DNA of 64,000 nt, from the NCBI GenBank assembly GCA_002774875.1, contig PCYM01000010.1:8645-72644 (forward strand). The letters run 5' to 3'. Each line of letters begins with the position of its first letter. The first letter of the stretch is position 1. The notes beneath the pieces are model-generated. The model ran no database searches. It saw nothing but the letters and a program-made list of their open reading frames with translations, and had not been told where the DNA came from. Origin of the DNA: Candidatus Uhrbacteria bacterium CG10_big_fil_rev_8_21_14_0_10_50_16 (GTDB taxonomy: Bacteria; Patescibacteriota; Patescibacteriia; UBA9934; UBA11717). The translations under genes were made by a program, and so were the position numbers. Positions 1 to 10,025 of this stretch are shown piece after piece.

Positions 1-850
1 CTCCACCAAGTGGATCGAGTGTTTGTATGCGGACGTTGAGGTCTTTAATGAATGACTGTAGAACGTTGTCGGACAATTGTGGCTCCTTGTAAAGCGTATC
101 TATATTGTACACGTTTATGGCCTGCTGTAGAGCAGCTAGTTGCTGTGGTGAAGGTTCGCGGCCAGGCGAGGGCTCCACGGTCGCGCGAATAATAAATCCA
201 TATTCCTGGGCAAAATACGTAAAACTTTCGTGAAACGTTACCATGTCGTGCTGCGTGGCAGTGTCGGTCCGTGTACGGATATCTGCATCGAGTTGCGAGA
301 GTTCTGCAAGGTAGAGATCTGCGTTTGATCGGTAAATCGCGCTGTTTAGAGGGTCTAGTGCGGAAAATTCCTCCACGAGCTGATTAACCATCGCACTCGC
401 GTTTGGAACGCTCAACCAGTAATGCGGATCACAAGGTTGATCAGACTCGTCAGGTGCGTCGGAAGCGCGAATGGAAGGTGGCTCTTGACCGCATAAGAGC
501 GAAACTTGCTTGTCGAGCGCAATAAAAGGGGCTCCAGAAATTGAGGCAACGCCGTCCGCCCACGAATCAAGCCCATGACCAATGCCAAAGATCGCCGAAA
601 TATTGGTGAGTTGAATCGCCTTTGCAGGCGTAAGGTCAAACGTGTGAGGGGAAGCACCGGGTGTGAGAATGAGCTGTACATCCACGAGATCCCCTCCGAC
701 GTACTGCGCAAAATCTGCTACGGGAGCAATCGTTGCGGCAACATGCAAACGACCTGTATCTGTTGGAGCTATACGCGCCGATAAAAACCCTGTCAAAATT
801 AAGAAGAGGAGGGAGGAGAGGATGATAAGTAATAACGTGATGTTCTTCAT
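1..850 (-). CDS. Zn/Mn ABC transporter substrate-binding protein (ZnuA/TroA family), 3' end outside window
   Basis: Manual translation MKNITLLLIILSSLLFL...PGASPHTFD...DPHYWLS...VTFHESFTYFAQEYG...EPQ...LDPLGG shows cluster A-I SBP motifs. Absent from the ORF track because it runs off the edge. Confidence 0.9.
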   Translation of the reverse strand, partial: MKNITLLLIILSSLLFLILTGFLSARIAPTDTGRLHVAATIAPVADFAQYVGGDLVDVQLILTPGASPHTFDLTPAKAIQLTNISAIFGIGHGLDSWADGVASISGAPFIALDKQVSLLCGQEPPSIRASDAPDESDQPCDPHYWLSVPNASAMVNQLVEEFSALDPLNSAIYRSNADLYLAELSQLDADIRTRTDTATQHDMVTFHESFTYFAQEYGFIIRATVEPSPGREPSPQQLAALQQAINVYNIDTLYKEPQLSDNVLQSFIKDLNVRIQTLDPLGG

Positions 851-906
851 ATTCTTTCTGCGAATCATTTGCATTATAGCACATGAGGTTATTTCATGGG
901 CTCTGC

Positions 907-1026
907 CTTTCAAAACACACGTGTTCTCGGGTTGCGAAAGATTAGATCAGATCAAGAGCAATGACGACGGGATGCTCAAAAACATCCTCAAAGGATTTAT
1001 GTTTAACTATCTATGGTCGTGAGAAA
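907..1026. repeat. Dispersed intergenic repeat fragment, homologous to 35584-35707
   Basis: Exact 21-mer CTTTCAAAACACACGTGTTCT in both copies, followed by about 100 bp of colinear similarity (AGATCAG, GAGC.ATGACG, GATG.TCAA.AACATC, AAGGA.TTA.GTT). Confidence 0.8.
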
Positions 1027-1039
1027 ATAACCCTAAACC

Positions 1040-1063
1040 AAAAACCCACGTGTGCGGGTTTTT
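1040..1063 (-). terminator. Intrinsic terminator after rnj
   Basis: AAAAACCCAC-GTGT-GCGGGTTTTT hairpin with A/T tracts. Confidence 0.65.
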
Positions 1064-1078
1064 GCAGAGGTACGTGTC

Positions 1079-2998
1079 TTACACGCGAATGACCACGGGT
1101 AAAATCATTGGACGTCGCTCTGTTTTCTTGAGAACAAATTGTCCAATCTGATTCCGAATACTTTCGCGAATGTAATCGTCATCGGCACCACCTGTAGTTG
1201 CCTTTTTCTGCAACGCGAGCTCGACGCCTTTCTTGATTCCCGTAATGAGCTCCTGATTATCCTTCATATGAACAAATCCACGTGAGATGACATCTGGTGA
1301 TCCAACAAGGTTTCCCGTTTTTCCATCGACCTGCGTAACAATCACGATCATTCCGTCTGCGGCTAACTCGTTTCGGTCGCGCAGTACGACGTCGCTCACA
1401 TCACCCACGCCAATACCATCCACAAACACATAGTCCGTTGGAGCTTTCTCTTTGCGTAAAAATCCTTGGTTTCCCTTAAACTCCATGATTTGTCCGTTGT
1501 CGCCAACGAACACATGCTCTTTGTCCCATCCAAGTGAATAGGCAATCTTGGCGTTTTCCTTGAGAAGGAAGTGGTTTCCCTCAATTGGAACGTAGTAGGC
1601 AGGCTTAAAGAGGGAGATCATGAGTTTGATGTCCTCCTGATGCCCATGTCCGCTTGCGTGCACATCCATCATTTTATAGCTGATGACGTCCGCACCTTGT
1701 CGATAAAGCGTGTCTGTAAGACGTTGAACGGATCCTTCGTTACCAGGCACAACGGAGGAGGAGAAGATAACAAGGTCACCCTCATGTAAACTCACAAATC
1801 GGTGTTCGCGATTGGCAATACGCATAAGCGCCGCGTTGGACTCACCTTGCGCGCCCGTACACATAATAATTACCTTGTTGTCCGGGTAACGATTAACCTG
1901 GTCTACTTTAATGATCGTGCTTGATTTACATTTGATGTACCCAAGCTCTCGTGCAATTTCCACGTTTGATTTCATGGAGAATCCGTCCACGGCTACGACG
2001 CGTCCGGTACGCTCGGCGATTTCGATCACCTGTCGTACGCGTGAGAGAAGGGAAGCAAACGTTCCAACGACAATGCGTCCTGGAGCCTTCTCGATGATAT
2101 GCTCCAATTCTTCACCAACGACTTTTTCGGAAATGGTGTGACCGGGGGATTTTGCATTTGTAGAATCTCCCATCAACACATCAACGCCCTGGCTTCCAAT
2201 GAGCGCCATACGTTGAAAGTCTGCAGGAGGTGTTCCCACGGGGTGAAAGTCAAACTTCCAGTCGCCCGTATGAATAAGACGCGTTGTTGGCGTCTCAACG
2301 AGGATACCAGCCGAATCAGGAATGTTGTGATTGATATGAAACAGAGAAACCTTGAACTTTCCAAGGGTCACGGAATCGTTCATCTTAAGATCCTGCATCT
2401 TGAGCGGAGCGGTTTTAAAATCCTCTTGTCGCTTGCGAATAATCGCGTTTGTAATTGGAAGGCCGTAGATAGGGGGGTTTCCAATTTTTGGAACGATATG
2501 AGGGATGCCACCGATGTGGTCGTAATGACCATGGGTAACAATCACGCCCTTTACGTGCTTTTCCTTTCCGCGAAGGTAGGAAATATTTGGAATGATGTAA
2601 TCGATTCCAGGCATGTCTTCCTCGGGAAATTGTAAACCAAGGTCAATGAGAATAATGTCATTGCCGTATTCGAGAAGCGTACAGTTACGTCCTACTTCTT
2701 CAAGTCCTCCCAAAACCATCACACGCAATACGCCTTCGGCGGGTGGTTTGATGTCTTTTGGGTGCACAACAAATGTCTCGTTGGTACTTGAATGCATTTT
2801 TTTTGGCGCGCCTCGTTGTCCGCCTGAGCGAGCTGGAGGTCGTGCACTCTGTCCTCCGTGCCGAGCTGGAGGGCGATTTCCATGGTGTGGTCGATGTGCA
2901 CTTTGAGGTGCTGACCGACGCACAGCAGGTGTTTGTCCCACGTCTGCCGTTTTAGGAACGGCAGGAGATGGACGGCGTGTTTGCCGCTTTTGTATCAT
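1079..2998 (-). CDS. rnj: Ribonuclease J
   Basis: LGGLEEVGRN, THGHYDHIGG, HTGDWKFD and HASGHG metallo-beta-lactamase/beta-CASP motifs; C-terminal RRPMILPV. Confidence 0.97.
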   Translation of the reverse strand: MIQKRQTRRPSPAVPKTADVGQTPAVRRSAPQSAHRPHHGNRPPARHGGQSARPPARSGGQRGAPKKMHSSTNETFVVHPKDIKPPAEGVLRVMVLGGLEEVGRNCTLLEYGNDIILIDLGLQFPEEDMPGIDYIIPNISYLRGKEKHVKGVIVTHGHYDHIGGIPHIVPKIGNPPIYGLPITNAIIRKRQEDFKTAPLKMQDLKMNDSVTLGKFKVSLFHINHNIPDSAGILVETPTTRLIHTGDWKFDFHPVGTPPADFQRMALIGSQGVDVLMGDSTNAKSPGHTISEKVVGEELEHIIEKAPGRIVVGTFASLLSRVRQVIEIAERTGRVVAVDGFSMKSNVEIARELGYIKCKSSTIIKVDQVNRYPDNKVIIMCTGAQGESNAALMRIANREHRFVSLHEGDLVIFSSSVVPGNEGSVQRLTDTLYRQGADVISYKMMDVHASGHGHQEDIKLMISLFKPAYYVPIEGNHFLLKENAKIAYSLGWDKEHVFVGDNGQIMEFKGNQGFLRKEKAPTDYVFVDGIGVGDVSDVVLRDRNELAADGMIVIVTQVDGKTGNLVGSPDVISRGFVHMKDNQELITGIKKGVELALQKKATTGGADDDYIRESIRNQIGQFVLKKTERRPMILPVVIRV

Positions 2999-3160
2999 AG
3001 GTATAACAGTTGTCTACACCAAAACGCATGTCTTGGTGTGAATTAGTAAGTGAATGTCGTGACGTCGTCACGGATCATTCCTCGTAGTTCGAGAGACTCG
3101 AACAACAGGGAATAATCCATCTGTAAATTTTGTGGTTTACCACGTCATTCGCGAACGACG

Positions 3161-3246
3161 TGGTGGGCAAGGGGAGATTCGAACTCCCACAAACTTGCGT
3201 TTACTACGCCCTGAACGTAGCGCGTCTACCATTCCGCCACTTGCCC
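3161..3246 (-). tRNA. tRNA-Leu(CAG)
   Basis: GGGCAAG...GGAATGGTAGACGCG CTACG-TTCAGGG-CGTAG, long variable arm, TTCGAAT, CCA. Confidence 0.95.
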
Positions 3247-3261
3247 GTACCGATCAATCAA

Positions 3262-5046
3262 CTAAAATGCAAGAAAGGTAAACCGTTTCTTGGTCTTAAT
3301 ATACCAGGACTGCACACGACCAAAGCGATCCGATGGGACCACGATGGTTTCCAATTCAATACCATGAATCTTGTTGGCTGTCACGTAGGTATAGGTTGGC
3401 TGATAGAGGAAGATCGCTGGGATGACATCGTTCACCTGATCGGCGAAAGAGGCATAGGCCGTTCGTCGTTCGTCGATATCTGTCGTTGTTCGTGCGGCTT
3501 CAATAAATCCATCTGCGTCTCGATTTGCAAACTGAGACAAATTCAACCCTGGTGCTGCGATCTGTGAGCTATGCCAAAACGGATACGGATCGGGATCCCC
3601 GCCCATAAGAATTCCGGACAGAAGAATAGAGTAATCGCGGTTCTTTAAGGTGTTATCTCTAAAATCCGTTGGACTTTTTACCTCTACGTTTACCTCGACT
3701 TCAACCTCGCGCCACATGTCGGCTATTCGATTTGCAACACTCACGGTCTCTGGTTGATCAACTGTCGTGATAGTGAACGTAAGATTTTCTCCGTTCTTAT
3801 CTGTACGAATAGTGTCACCTTCCTTTACGCTCCAGCCAAGATTATCGAGACTCGTACGTGCTACGGATTGGTCAAAAGGCGTTGGATTTCCATAAACGGT
3901 TGAATCGTTGTGATAGGAACTTAGAACAGGGGAGTGTGTGACTGCTGCTTGATTTTGTAAGATCTCTTTTACTAGAACATCCTTATTCACTGCAGATCCA
4001 AGAGCGAGACGCATATTCTTGTTGCTCACGTCGTCGTTCTTGAGGTTAAAGAAGAGCGCAGTAATTTGCGGCAAACTAGGTGTGACGACCTGGCCATTAA
4101 GCTTTGAAAGTTGGTCCTTGGGAGCAAAGGCGATTCCTTCCACGCGTTTGCTGTTGAGCGCCTCAATCGCGGCTGCAGTATCTGGGTAAAATTTAAAAGC
4201 GATTGTATCGATGTTTGGAACGCCCGCGTAATAACCGGTAAAGCGTTGCAATTGATAGCTCTTAATGACACCCAATTTATCTTTTTCCAGTTTGTCGAAT
4301 TTATAGGGCCCACTTCCAATAGGAATGAGGTTACGTTCTGCAAGACGCATTGTGCCAGGGTCTAGCTCACCCCAATAATCGGCCGGTAAAATACCAACAC
4401 CAAGCGTCGACAAAAAAGGCGCAAATGGTTCATCGAGTGTAAAGGAGACGGTGCGCTCATTCACTTGTTCAATAGAAACACCACGATACGTTCCGCTTAA
4501 CGGGCTACCGTAGTTTGGGTTTTGGATGGTGTGAAATGTAAAGATAATGTCTCGTGGCGTAACGGACGTTCCGTCGTGCCACAGGGCGTCACTGCGCAGG
4601 GAAAACGTATAGACAAGTTCATCATCACTCACCGTATAGGACTCTGCGAGATCGGGGATGAGTCCTGCTTGCGGATCCCATTTCATGAGACCTGAGTACA
4701 CAAAGCGCGCGATATCGGCATCGACATCGTTTGCGGGAGCGTAAATTGGGTTGATGAATTGCGGGGAACCAATAAGACCTTCCGTGTAACTTCCGCCATG
4801 TGCGGGAACAACTACGAGGTGTGTGTTATAACCCCACACAAAGAGAAATACAAAAGATAATACGGCGACAGCTACTGCGGTCCAAAATGTTGGACGTTCA
4901 CGTTTGCTGATGAGTCGTGGAAGGTGGGCCAACTGGGCGAGAGTTGGGAAACGCGATCCCTTCTTGAGTGAGCGAAAGAATTGCTTTTGCTTTTCAGAAT
5001 GACCAGAAGAAACCGGACCCGATTTTGGTGACCGGAACAGATTCAT
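3262..5046 (-). CDS. Peptide ABC transporter substrate-binding protein (family 5, OppA/DppA-like)
   Basis: N-terminal TM anchor, GGSYTEG, PDLAESY, WHDG, PIGSGPYKF, PAIFLY. Confidence 0.92.
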   Translation of the reverse strand: MNLFRSPKSGPVSSGHSEKQKQFFRSLKKGSRFPTLAQLAHLPRLISKRERPTFWTAVAVAVLSFVFLFVWGYNTHLVVVPAHGGSYTEGLIGSPQFINPIYAPANDVDADIARFVYSGLMKWDPQAGLIPDLAESYTVSDDELVYTFSLRSDALWHDGTSVTPRDIIFTFHTIQNPNYGSPLSGTYRGVSIEQVNERTVSFTLDEPFAPFLSTLGVGILPADYWGELDPGTMRLAERNLIPIGSGPYKFDKLEKDKLGVIKSYQLQRFTGYYAGVPNIDTIAFKFYPDTAAAIEALNSKRVEGIAFAPKDQLSKLNGQVVTPSLPQITALFFNLKNDDVSNKNMRLALGSAVNKDVLVKEILQNQAAVTHSPVLSSYHNDSTVYGNPTPFDQSVARTSLDNLGWSVKEGDTIRTDKNGENLTFTITTVDQPETVSVANRIADMWREVEVEVNVEVKSPTDFRDNTLKNRDYSILLSGILMGGDPDPYPFWHSSQIAAPGLNLSQFANRDADGFIEAARTTTDIDERRTAYASFADQVNDVIPAIFLYQPTYTYVTANKIHGIELETIVVPSDRFGRVQSWYIKTKKRFTFLAF

Positions 5047-5050
5047 GTGT

Positions 5051-5275
5051 TTAGAAAACAATCACGCGAAGGAGTGAAAGACCAAAAAACAAGATTCCAA
5101 GGACAATTGTTGCATTATAGAGCACTTTTTCTGCACCGCGTTTTGTGGTGAAAACCGTGCTATCCCCTCCAAAACCTGCGCCTAATCCTGCTCCACGCTG
5201 CTGTAAGAGAACTGAGAGCATCAGGAGAACGGCGAGAACGATCTGTAGAACGTTTAAGGCTGTAGTCATATTCAT
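5051..5275 (-). CDS. secG: Preprotein translocase subunit SecG
   Basis: VLLQQRGAGLGAGFGG...RGAEK with two TM helices. Confidence 0.93.
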   Translation of the reverse strand: MNMTTALNVLQIVLAVLLMLSVLLQQRGAGLGAGFGGDSTVFTTKRGAEKVLYNATIVLGILFFGLSLLRVIVF

Positions 5276-5328
5276 ACGTAGGGCAAGTCTGCCTTATTTG
5301 GGGTTTTTTGTCAACTTTTCTTCGTGCG

Positions 5329-6132
5329 TTATGACTGATTTACCGTGTGTGCCTCAATGAACCGATTGAGGAGCTGTAAAAAGACCGATTCAGGGATGGC
5401 TCCCTCAATGGGGGCGCCGTTAAGGAAAAACGTTGGCGTTCCACGGACACCAGCTTTGATTCCTGCCTGACGGTCTTCTTCGACCTCTGGGGAATAGCGG
5501 TGACTCTCGAGACACGTGTTAAAGAGGGTTGTATCGAGTCCAAGTTCCTGCGCATAGCGTTCAAGACTGTCCTGCGAGAGATCTGACTGGTTGATATAGA
5601 CCTTGTCGTGATAATCAAAGAAGCGATTTTGTTCTTGTGCGCATTCTCCGGCCTCGGCAGCAAGATCCGCACCCGGGTGGAGGCTCACGATTGGAAAATC
5701 ACGGTACACATAGCGCACAAGATTCGTGTGATTTGCAATCGCTCGTACAATATAACTTGCCTCTCGTGAGTAGGGGCACCCAAAATCGGCGAATTCTACT
5801 ATGGTTAAGAGTGCTTTGTTTGCGGGTGCGCCAAGGTTGGGATCGTCTAAGGTGGCGAGGGTAAGTGCATCAACGGAGTCAATCCCAATCGGTGCCCCAA
5901 GTGAGGAATCCACGGTGAGTGATTGAACAAAACTCGTGGGAATATCAGCCGTGCCGCGCACGATGCCAACGTAAAAAAAGACGATGCGCCAGACAAAGAT
6001 CAAAAAAACCACAAGCAACAGTCCACCTCCCACAAGTGCCGCCACGCTTCTTGGGCGTTGAGTGGGTTGTTGTACGACGGGTTCTTGAGCGTCGTTTAGA
6101 ATGTTGTTTGGAACACCTCCTTCTAATCGCAT
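5329..6132 (-). CDS. Membrane-anchored DsbA-family thioredoxin-fold protein
   Basis: EFADFGCPYS (CxxS variant), YRDFP, GVRGTPTFFLNG. Confidence 0.88.
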   Translation of the reverse strand: MRLEGGVPNNILNDAQEPVVQQPTQRPRSVAALVGGGLLLVVFLIFVWRIVFFYVGIVRGTADIPTSFVQSLTVDSSLGAPIGIDSVDALTLATLDDPNLGAPANKALLTIVEFADFGCPYSREASYIVRAIANHTNLVRYVYRDFPIVSLHPGADLAAEAGECAQEQNRFFDYHDKVYINQSDLSQDSLERYAQELGLDTTLFNTCLESHRYSPEVEEDRQAGIKAGVRGTPTFFLNGAPIEGAIPESVFLQLLNRFIEAHTVNQS

Positions 6133-6301
6133 AGTTCTTAGAGTATAGCAGATTTTGTATGAGTATGAAGGAGAATGTGCGTATTGAGCGCATAGAGGTA
6201 GTTTGATCTGATTTTTTCACTGCACATGATCGAGTATTGACAGAAAGGCACTTTTATGATTGAATGCGTACACTCACGCGGAGTGAGAGAAGGAGGCGAG
6301 G

Positions 6302-6790
6302 ATGACTCGGAGAACAGCTGAGCAACTGGCGTTTCACGTCAAGTTGCTGCAGGATCACGGCTACACCGTGATCCCGCCGCGGGCCCAGGGTGAAGGTGAG
6401 TTCAGCCAGGAGGAACTAGAGGCGATGGCCATTGCGCTTCTCGTGGCGCGTCAGCCGGGTGAGGGGCTCATGCAGGACCTGCTTGGCTGGCAGAAGATGA
6501 ACGGTTACCGCACGCGGATTCTCAAGCATCTGCCGGGACTGTTCTACCGAACTCAGGCAGAGAGGTATCGAACTCCAGGGCAGAGGGACAACTACGAGTA
6601 CTTCTGGGAGGTGTTGGTGCATCGCACGCGAGAGGACGTGCTTGGACTGAAACAGGTGGGCATTGGATCGGCGAACGAGTTCTTCAGTACGCTCGCCAAG
6701 CTGGGCATGTCCATGCGCATGCCCGAGAACCATCCGCTTATCCGCGAGGCAAGAGCGAGACTGGCGGAGAGGGCGTGCGAGCGCTCCTGA
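6302..6790 (+). CDS. Orphan protein with a C-terminal RNA polymerase alpha-CTD-like (HhH) segment
   Basis: [36 protein letters not shown] resembles the RpoA CTD pattern LVQ.TE..LL...NLG.KSL.EI...L...GLSLGM. Has SD AAGGAGG and an upstream TTGACA. Confidence 0.6.
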   Translation: MTRRTAEQLAFHVKLLQDHGYTVIPPRAQGEGEFSQEELEAMAIALLVARQPGEGLMQDLLGWQKMNGYRTRILKHLPGLFYRTQAERYRTPGQRDNYEYFWEVLVHRTREDVLGLKQVGIGSANEFFSTLAKLGMSMRMPENHPLIREARARLAERACERS

Positions 6791-6850
6791 GCCGCGATCT
6801 GGGCCCGAAGAACAACGCTTCGGTCTCCAGATCGCGGCGTTGTGTTTTTA
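6791..6850 (+). terminator. Long hairpin terminator
   Basis: GCCGCGATCTGG...CCAGATCGCGGC followed by a T-rich tract. Confidence 0.65.
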
Positions 6851-6999
6851 AAACGTCTCCCAAAACCCTCATAACTTGACAACCGTCTTTTTTTCTGATT
6901 TTGACCTGAGAGCGAGACACTTGACCGTTGTCAAAATGCATGGTAGCCTCGCAGCACTTTCTGTCTGAACCATTTTTGTTGGGACATAACCGTATCGCT

Positions 7000-9933
7000 A
7001 TGCAAGATGTTATCCGCGTTCGCGGCGCACGCGTACACAACCTTAAAAACGTGAATGTCGAGATTCCAAAGGGAAAATTCACGGTCATCACAGGACTTTC
7101 TGGTTCCGGTAAATCCTCGCTCGCATTTGACACGATTTATGCAGAGGGACAGCGCCGTTACATGGAAAGTCTTTCTTCGTACGCACGCCAGTTTTTGGAA
7201 ATGCAGGATAAACCCGATGTGGATGAGATGAGCGGTTTGTCGCCGACGATTGCGATTGATCAAAAAACCGCCTCTACTAATCCACGTTCAACCGTTGGAA
7301 CCGTGACGGAAATTTATGATTCCCTGCGTGTCTTGTACGCGCGTGCAGGCCAGGCGCATTGTCCTGAGACGGGAGAACCTGTCACGGAGCAGACGCCAGA
7401 TCAAATGCTTGCAACAATCGTGGCAGCCGTTGCAGAGACGGATGCGTTTGTGTTGGCACCTGTGGTCAAGCAGCAACGGGGAGAGCATAAGCAGGCCATT
7501 GTCGCGGCGGAGGCAGCAGGTTATAAGAGTGCACGTTATGATGGGCTCCTGATGGATATCGAGGAGCTGACGGACATGCGCAAGGATAAAAAGAAGGTGC
7601 ACGACATAGATGTGGTGGTAGAACGTTACTCGCAAGGCCAAGAGTTGGATCGCGCGACGGTTTTGGAAACAATTAAAAAGACCCTGGACCTTGGAAACGG
7701 TGTCATGCTCCTGATGCGAGACGATACCGGGGAAGATGTGACGTTGAGTGAAGGAATGTTCTGTGCGGCGTCCGGGATCTCTATCCCAACGTTGGAGCCA
7801 AATATGTTTAGCTTTAACTCACCCCACGGAGCCTGTCCTGAATGTATGGGTCTTGGGGTAAAACTTGTTTTGGAGTCAGATTTGGTGATTCCAAATAAGC
7901 GTTTAACGCTTGCAGAAGGTGCGGTAAAACCTTGGAGCCGTATTGCAGGAAACTCCACATCCTACTTAGCCCTGTTAGAAGCGGTTGGTGCCAAGTATAA
8001 GTTTGATGTACATACGCCCCTCAACAAATTGTCTGAATCAAAATTACGGTTGATTCTTAAGGGATCGGCTGGAGAAACCTACACGGTGCAAGGGAAAACC
8101 ATGATATTCCCTGGTGTGCTGGGTATGTTGGAATCCAAATATCGCGAGACAGATTCTGAATACGTGCGCAAGGAATTGGAAACCTATATGCGTTCCATGA
8201 TTTGCCCAGAGTGTGATGGAAAGCGATTGAATGCTATTAGTCTTGCGGTCACCGTTGCCGGAAAAACGATTGACGCGTTGGTGCGTATTCCTTTGGATGA
8301 GTTGTTGGAATGGTTTGTGCAGGTGGATGTGCAAACACGCGAGGGTGGCAGTGCGTTGACCGAGTTGGAGCAAAAAGTGATTACTAATGTTAAACGCGAG
8401 GTGCTTAAGCGCTTGGAGGATTTGATTAACGTGGGATTGTCGTACCTGACGCTTGATCGATCTGCAGTTACATTGTCTGGCGGAGAGAGCCAGCGCGTGC
8501 GATTAGCTACACAGCTTGGAACCGACCTCACCGGCGTAATTTATATTTTGGATGAGCCTTCCATTGGGCTCCATCAACGTGACAATGATAAGTTGATCGA
8601 TACCATGAAGCGCTTGCGTGATGCCGGCAACACCGTGATTGTGGTGGAGCACGACGAGGCTATGATGCGCGCGGCGGATCATGTGATTGACATTGGACCA
8701 GGCGCGGGCGTCTATGGAGGAGAAGTAATTGCGGTGGGAACGGTGGGTGATTTAGAAAAATGTCCGGAGTCGTTAACGGGCCAGTACATGAGTGGCGCGC
8801 GTTGCATCACTATGCCCGCAAAACGTCGAGCTCTGAGTAAAAAGAATATTCGCATTCAAGGTGCAACGGCAAACAACCTGCAAGATGTGGATGTGTCCAT
8901 TCCGCTTGGTGCGTTGGTGTGTGTGACGGGTGTGTCGGGATCGGGAAAATCCACGTTGATTTTGGATATCTTGGGACGTGCGTTGTCCAAACATTTTTAT
9001 CGTGCCAAGGCGTATCCCGCTGAGCATAAATCGATTAAGGGTGTGGAAAATATTGACAAGGTGGTAACGGTAGATCAATCACCAATTGGTCGTACGCCAC
9101 GCTCTAACCCTGCTACATATACGGGCGTATTTACCACGATTCGTGATGTCTATGCGAGCGTACCAGAGGCAAAGATGCGCGGATACGATGCCGGAAAATT
9201 TAGCTTTAACGTTAAGGGAGGTGGACGATGTGAGACGTGTGGCGGAGATGGTGTGAAACGCATTGAGATGCAGTTTATGCCAGACGTGTACATGGATTGT
9301 CCGGAGTGTCATGGAAAGCGTTATAATGCCGAGGCGCTGGAGATTCATTACAAAGGTGAGACGATCTCTGACGTGCTCAACATGACCGTGGAGGAGGCGC
9401 GTCGATTCTTTACGGCGATCCCTGCGATTTACGACAAGCTCACAGTCCTGCATGAGGTGGGTCTTGGATACGTCAAGCTCGGGCAAAGTGCCACAACACT
9501 CTCGGGAGGTGAGGCACAGCGCGTCAAGCTAGCCACGGAATTATCTCGTCGGGCGACCGGGAAGACGCTGTACATCTTGGATGAGCCAACGACGGGATTA
9601 CACTTTGATGATATTAATCGACTGCTTGGTGTGTTGAATCAACTTGTTGATAAAGGAAACACGGTATTGATTATTGAGCATGACTTGGATGTGGTGCGTG
9701 CGGCCGATTATGTGATTGATATGGGACCGGAGGGCGGGACGCGTGGAGGTTTACTTGTGGCCGAGGGAACGCCGGAAGACATTATGAAGGTCAAAGAAAG
9801 TCTTACGGGAAAGTACCTTAAGGAACTCATTAAGACGCGAGGAGATCAAAAACCAATTGGTGTTGCAAAACCCAAGAGGGCCAAAGCGGCCGTTAAAAAA
9901 TCTGTAGCGGCCAAGAAAAAGAAGGAGCTCTAA
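7000..9933 (+). CDS. uvrA: Excinuclease ABC subunit A
   Basis: GARVHNLKN, two Walker A motifs ([16 protein letters not shown]), LSGGE signatures, Zn-finger CxxC motifs. Confidence 0.98.
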   Translation: MQDVIRVRGARVHNLKNVNVEIPKGKFTVITGLSGSGKSSLAFDTIYAEGQRRYMESLSSYARQFLEMQDKPDVDEMSGLSPTIAIDQKTASTNPRSTVGTVTEIYDSLRVLYARAGQAHCPETGEPVTEQTPDQMLATIVAAVAETDAFVLAPVVKQQRGEHKQAIVAAEAAGYKSARYDGLLMDIEELTDMRKDKKKVHDIDVVVERYSQGQELDRATVLETIKKTLDLGNGVMLLMRDDTGEDVTLSEGMFCAASGISIPTLEPNMFSFNSPHGACPECMGLGVKLVLESDLVIPNKRLTLAEGAVKPWSRIAGNSTSYLALLEAVGAKYKFDVHTPLNKLSESKLRLILKGSAGETYTVQGKTMIFPGVLGMLESKYRETDSEYVRKELETYMRSMICPECDGKRLNAISLAVTVAGKTIDALVRIPLDELLEWFVQVDVQTREGGSALTELEQKVITNVKREVLKRLEDLINVGLSYLTLDRSAVTLSGGESQRVRLATQLGTDLTGVIYILDEPSIGLHQRDNDKLIDTMKRLRDAGNTVIVVEHDEAMMRAADHVIDIGPGAGVYGGEVIAVGTVGDLEKCPESLTGQYMSGARCITMPAKRRALSKKNIRIQGATANNLQDVDVSIPLGALVCVTGVSGSGKSTLILDILGRALSKHFYRAKAYPAEHKSIKGVENIDKVVTVDQSPIGRTPRSNPATYTGVFTTIRDVYASVPEAKMRGYDAGKFSFNVKGGGRCETCGGDGVKRIEMQFMPDVYMDCPECHGKRYNAEALEIHYKGETISDVLNMTVEEARRFFTAIPAIYDKLTVLHEVGLGYVKLGQSATTLSGGEAQRVKLATELSRRATGKTLYILDEPTTGLHFDDINRLLGVLNQLVDKGNTVLIIEHDLDVVRAADYVIDMGPEGGTRGGLLVAEGTPEDIMKVKESLTGKYLKELIKTRGDQKPIGVAKPKRAKAAVKKSVAAKKKKEL

Positions 9934-10025
9934 AGCTTCTTTTTTCTTGACAGACTTGGGTTTTGGTGACACTGTTTTATACACAAGGAGGCAATAAGTG
10001 GATACGAATTGTGAACATAACGAAT

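Noticed and set aside
663..1022. ORF spanning the 907-1026 repeat
   Set aside because: It overlaps the znuA-like gene in antisense, and the reading frame is not preserved in the 35.6-kb homologue.
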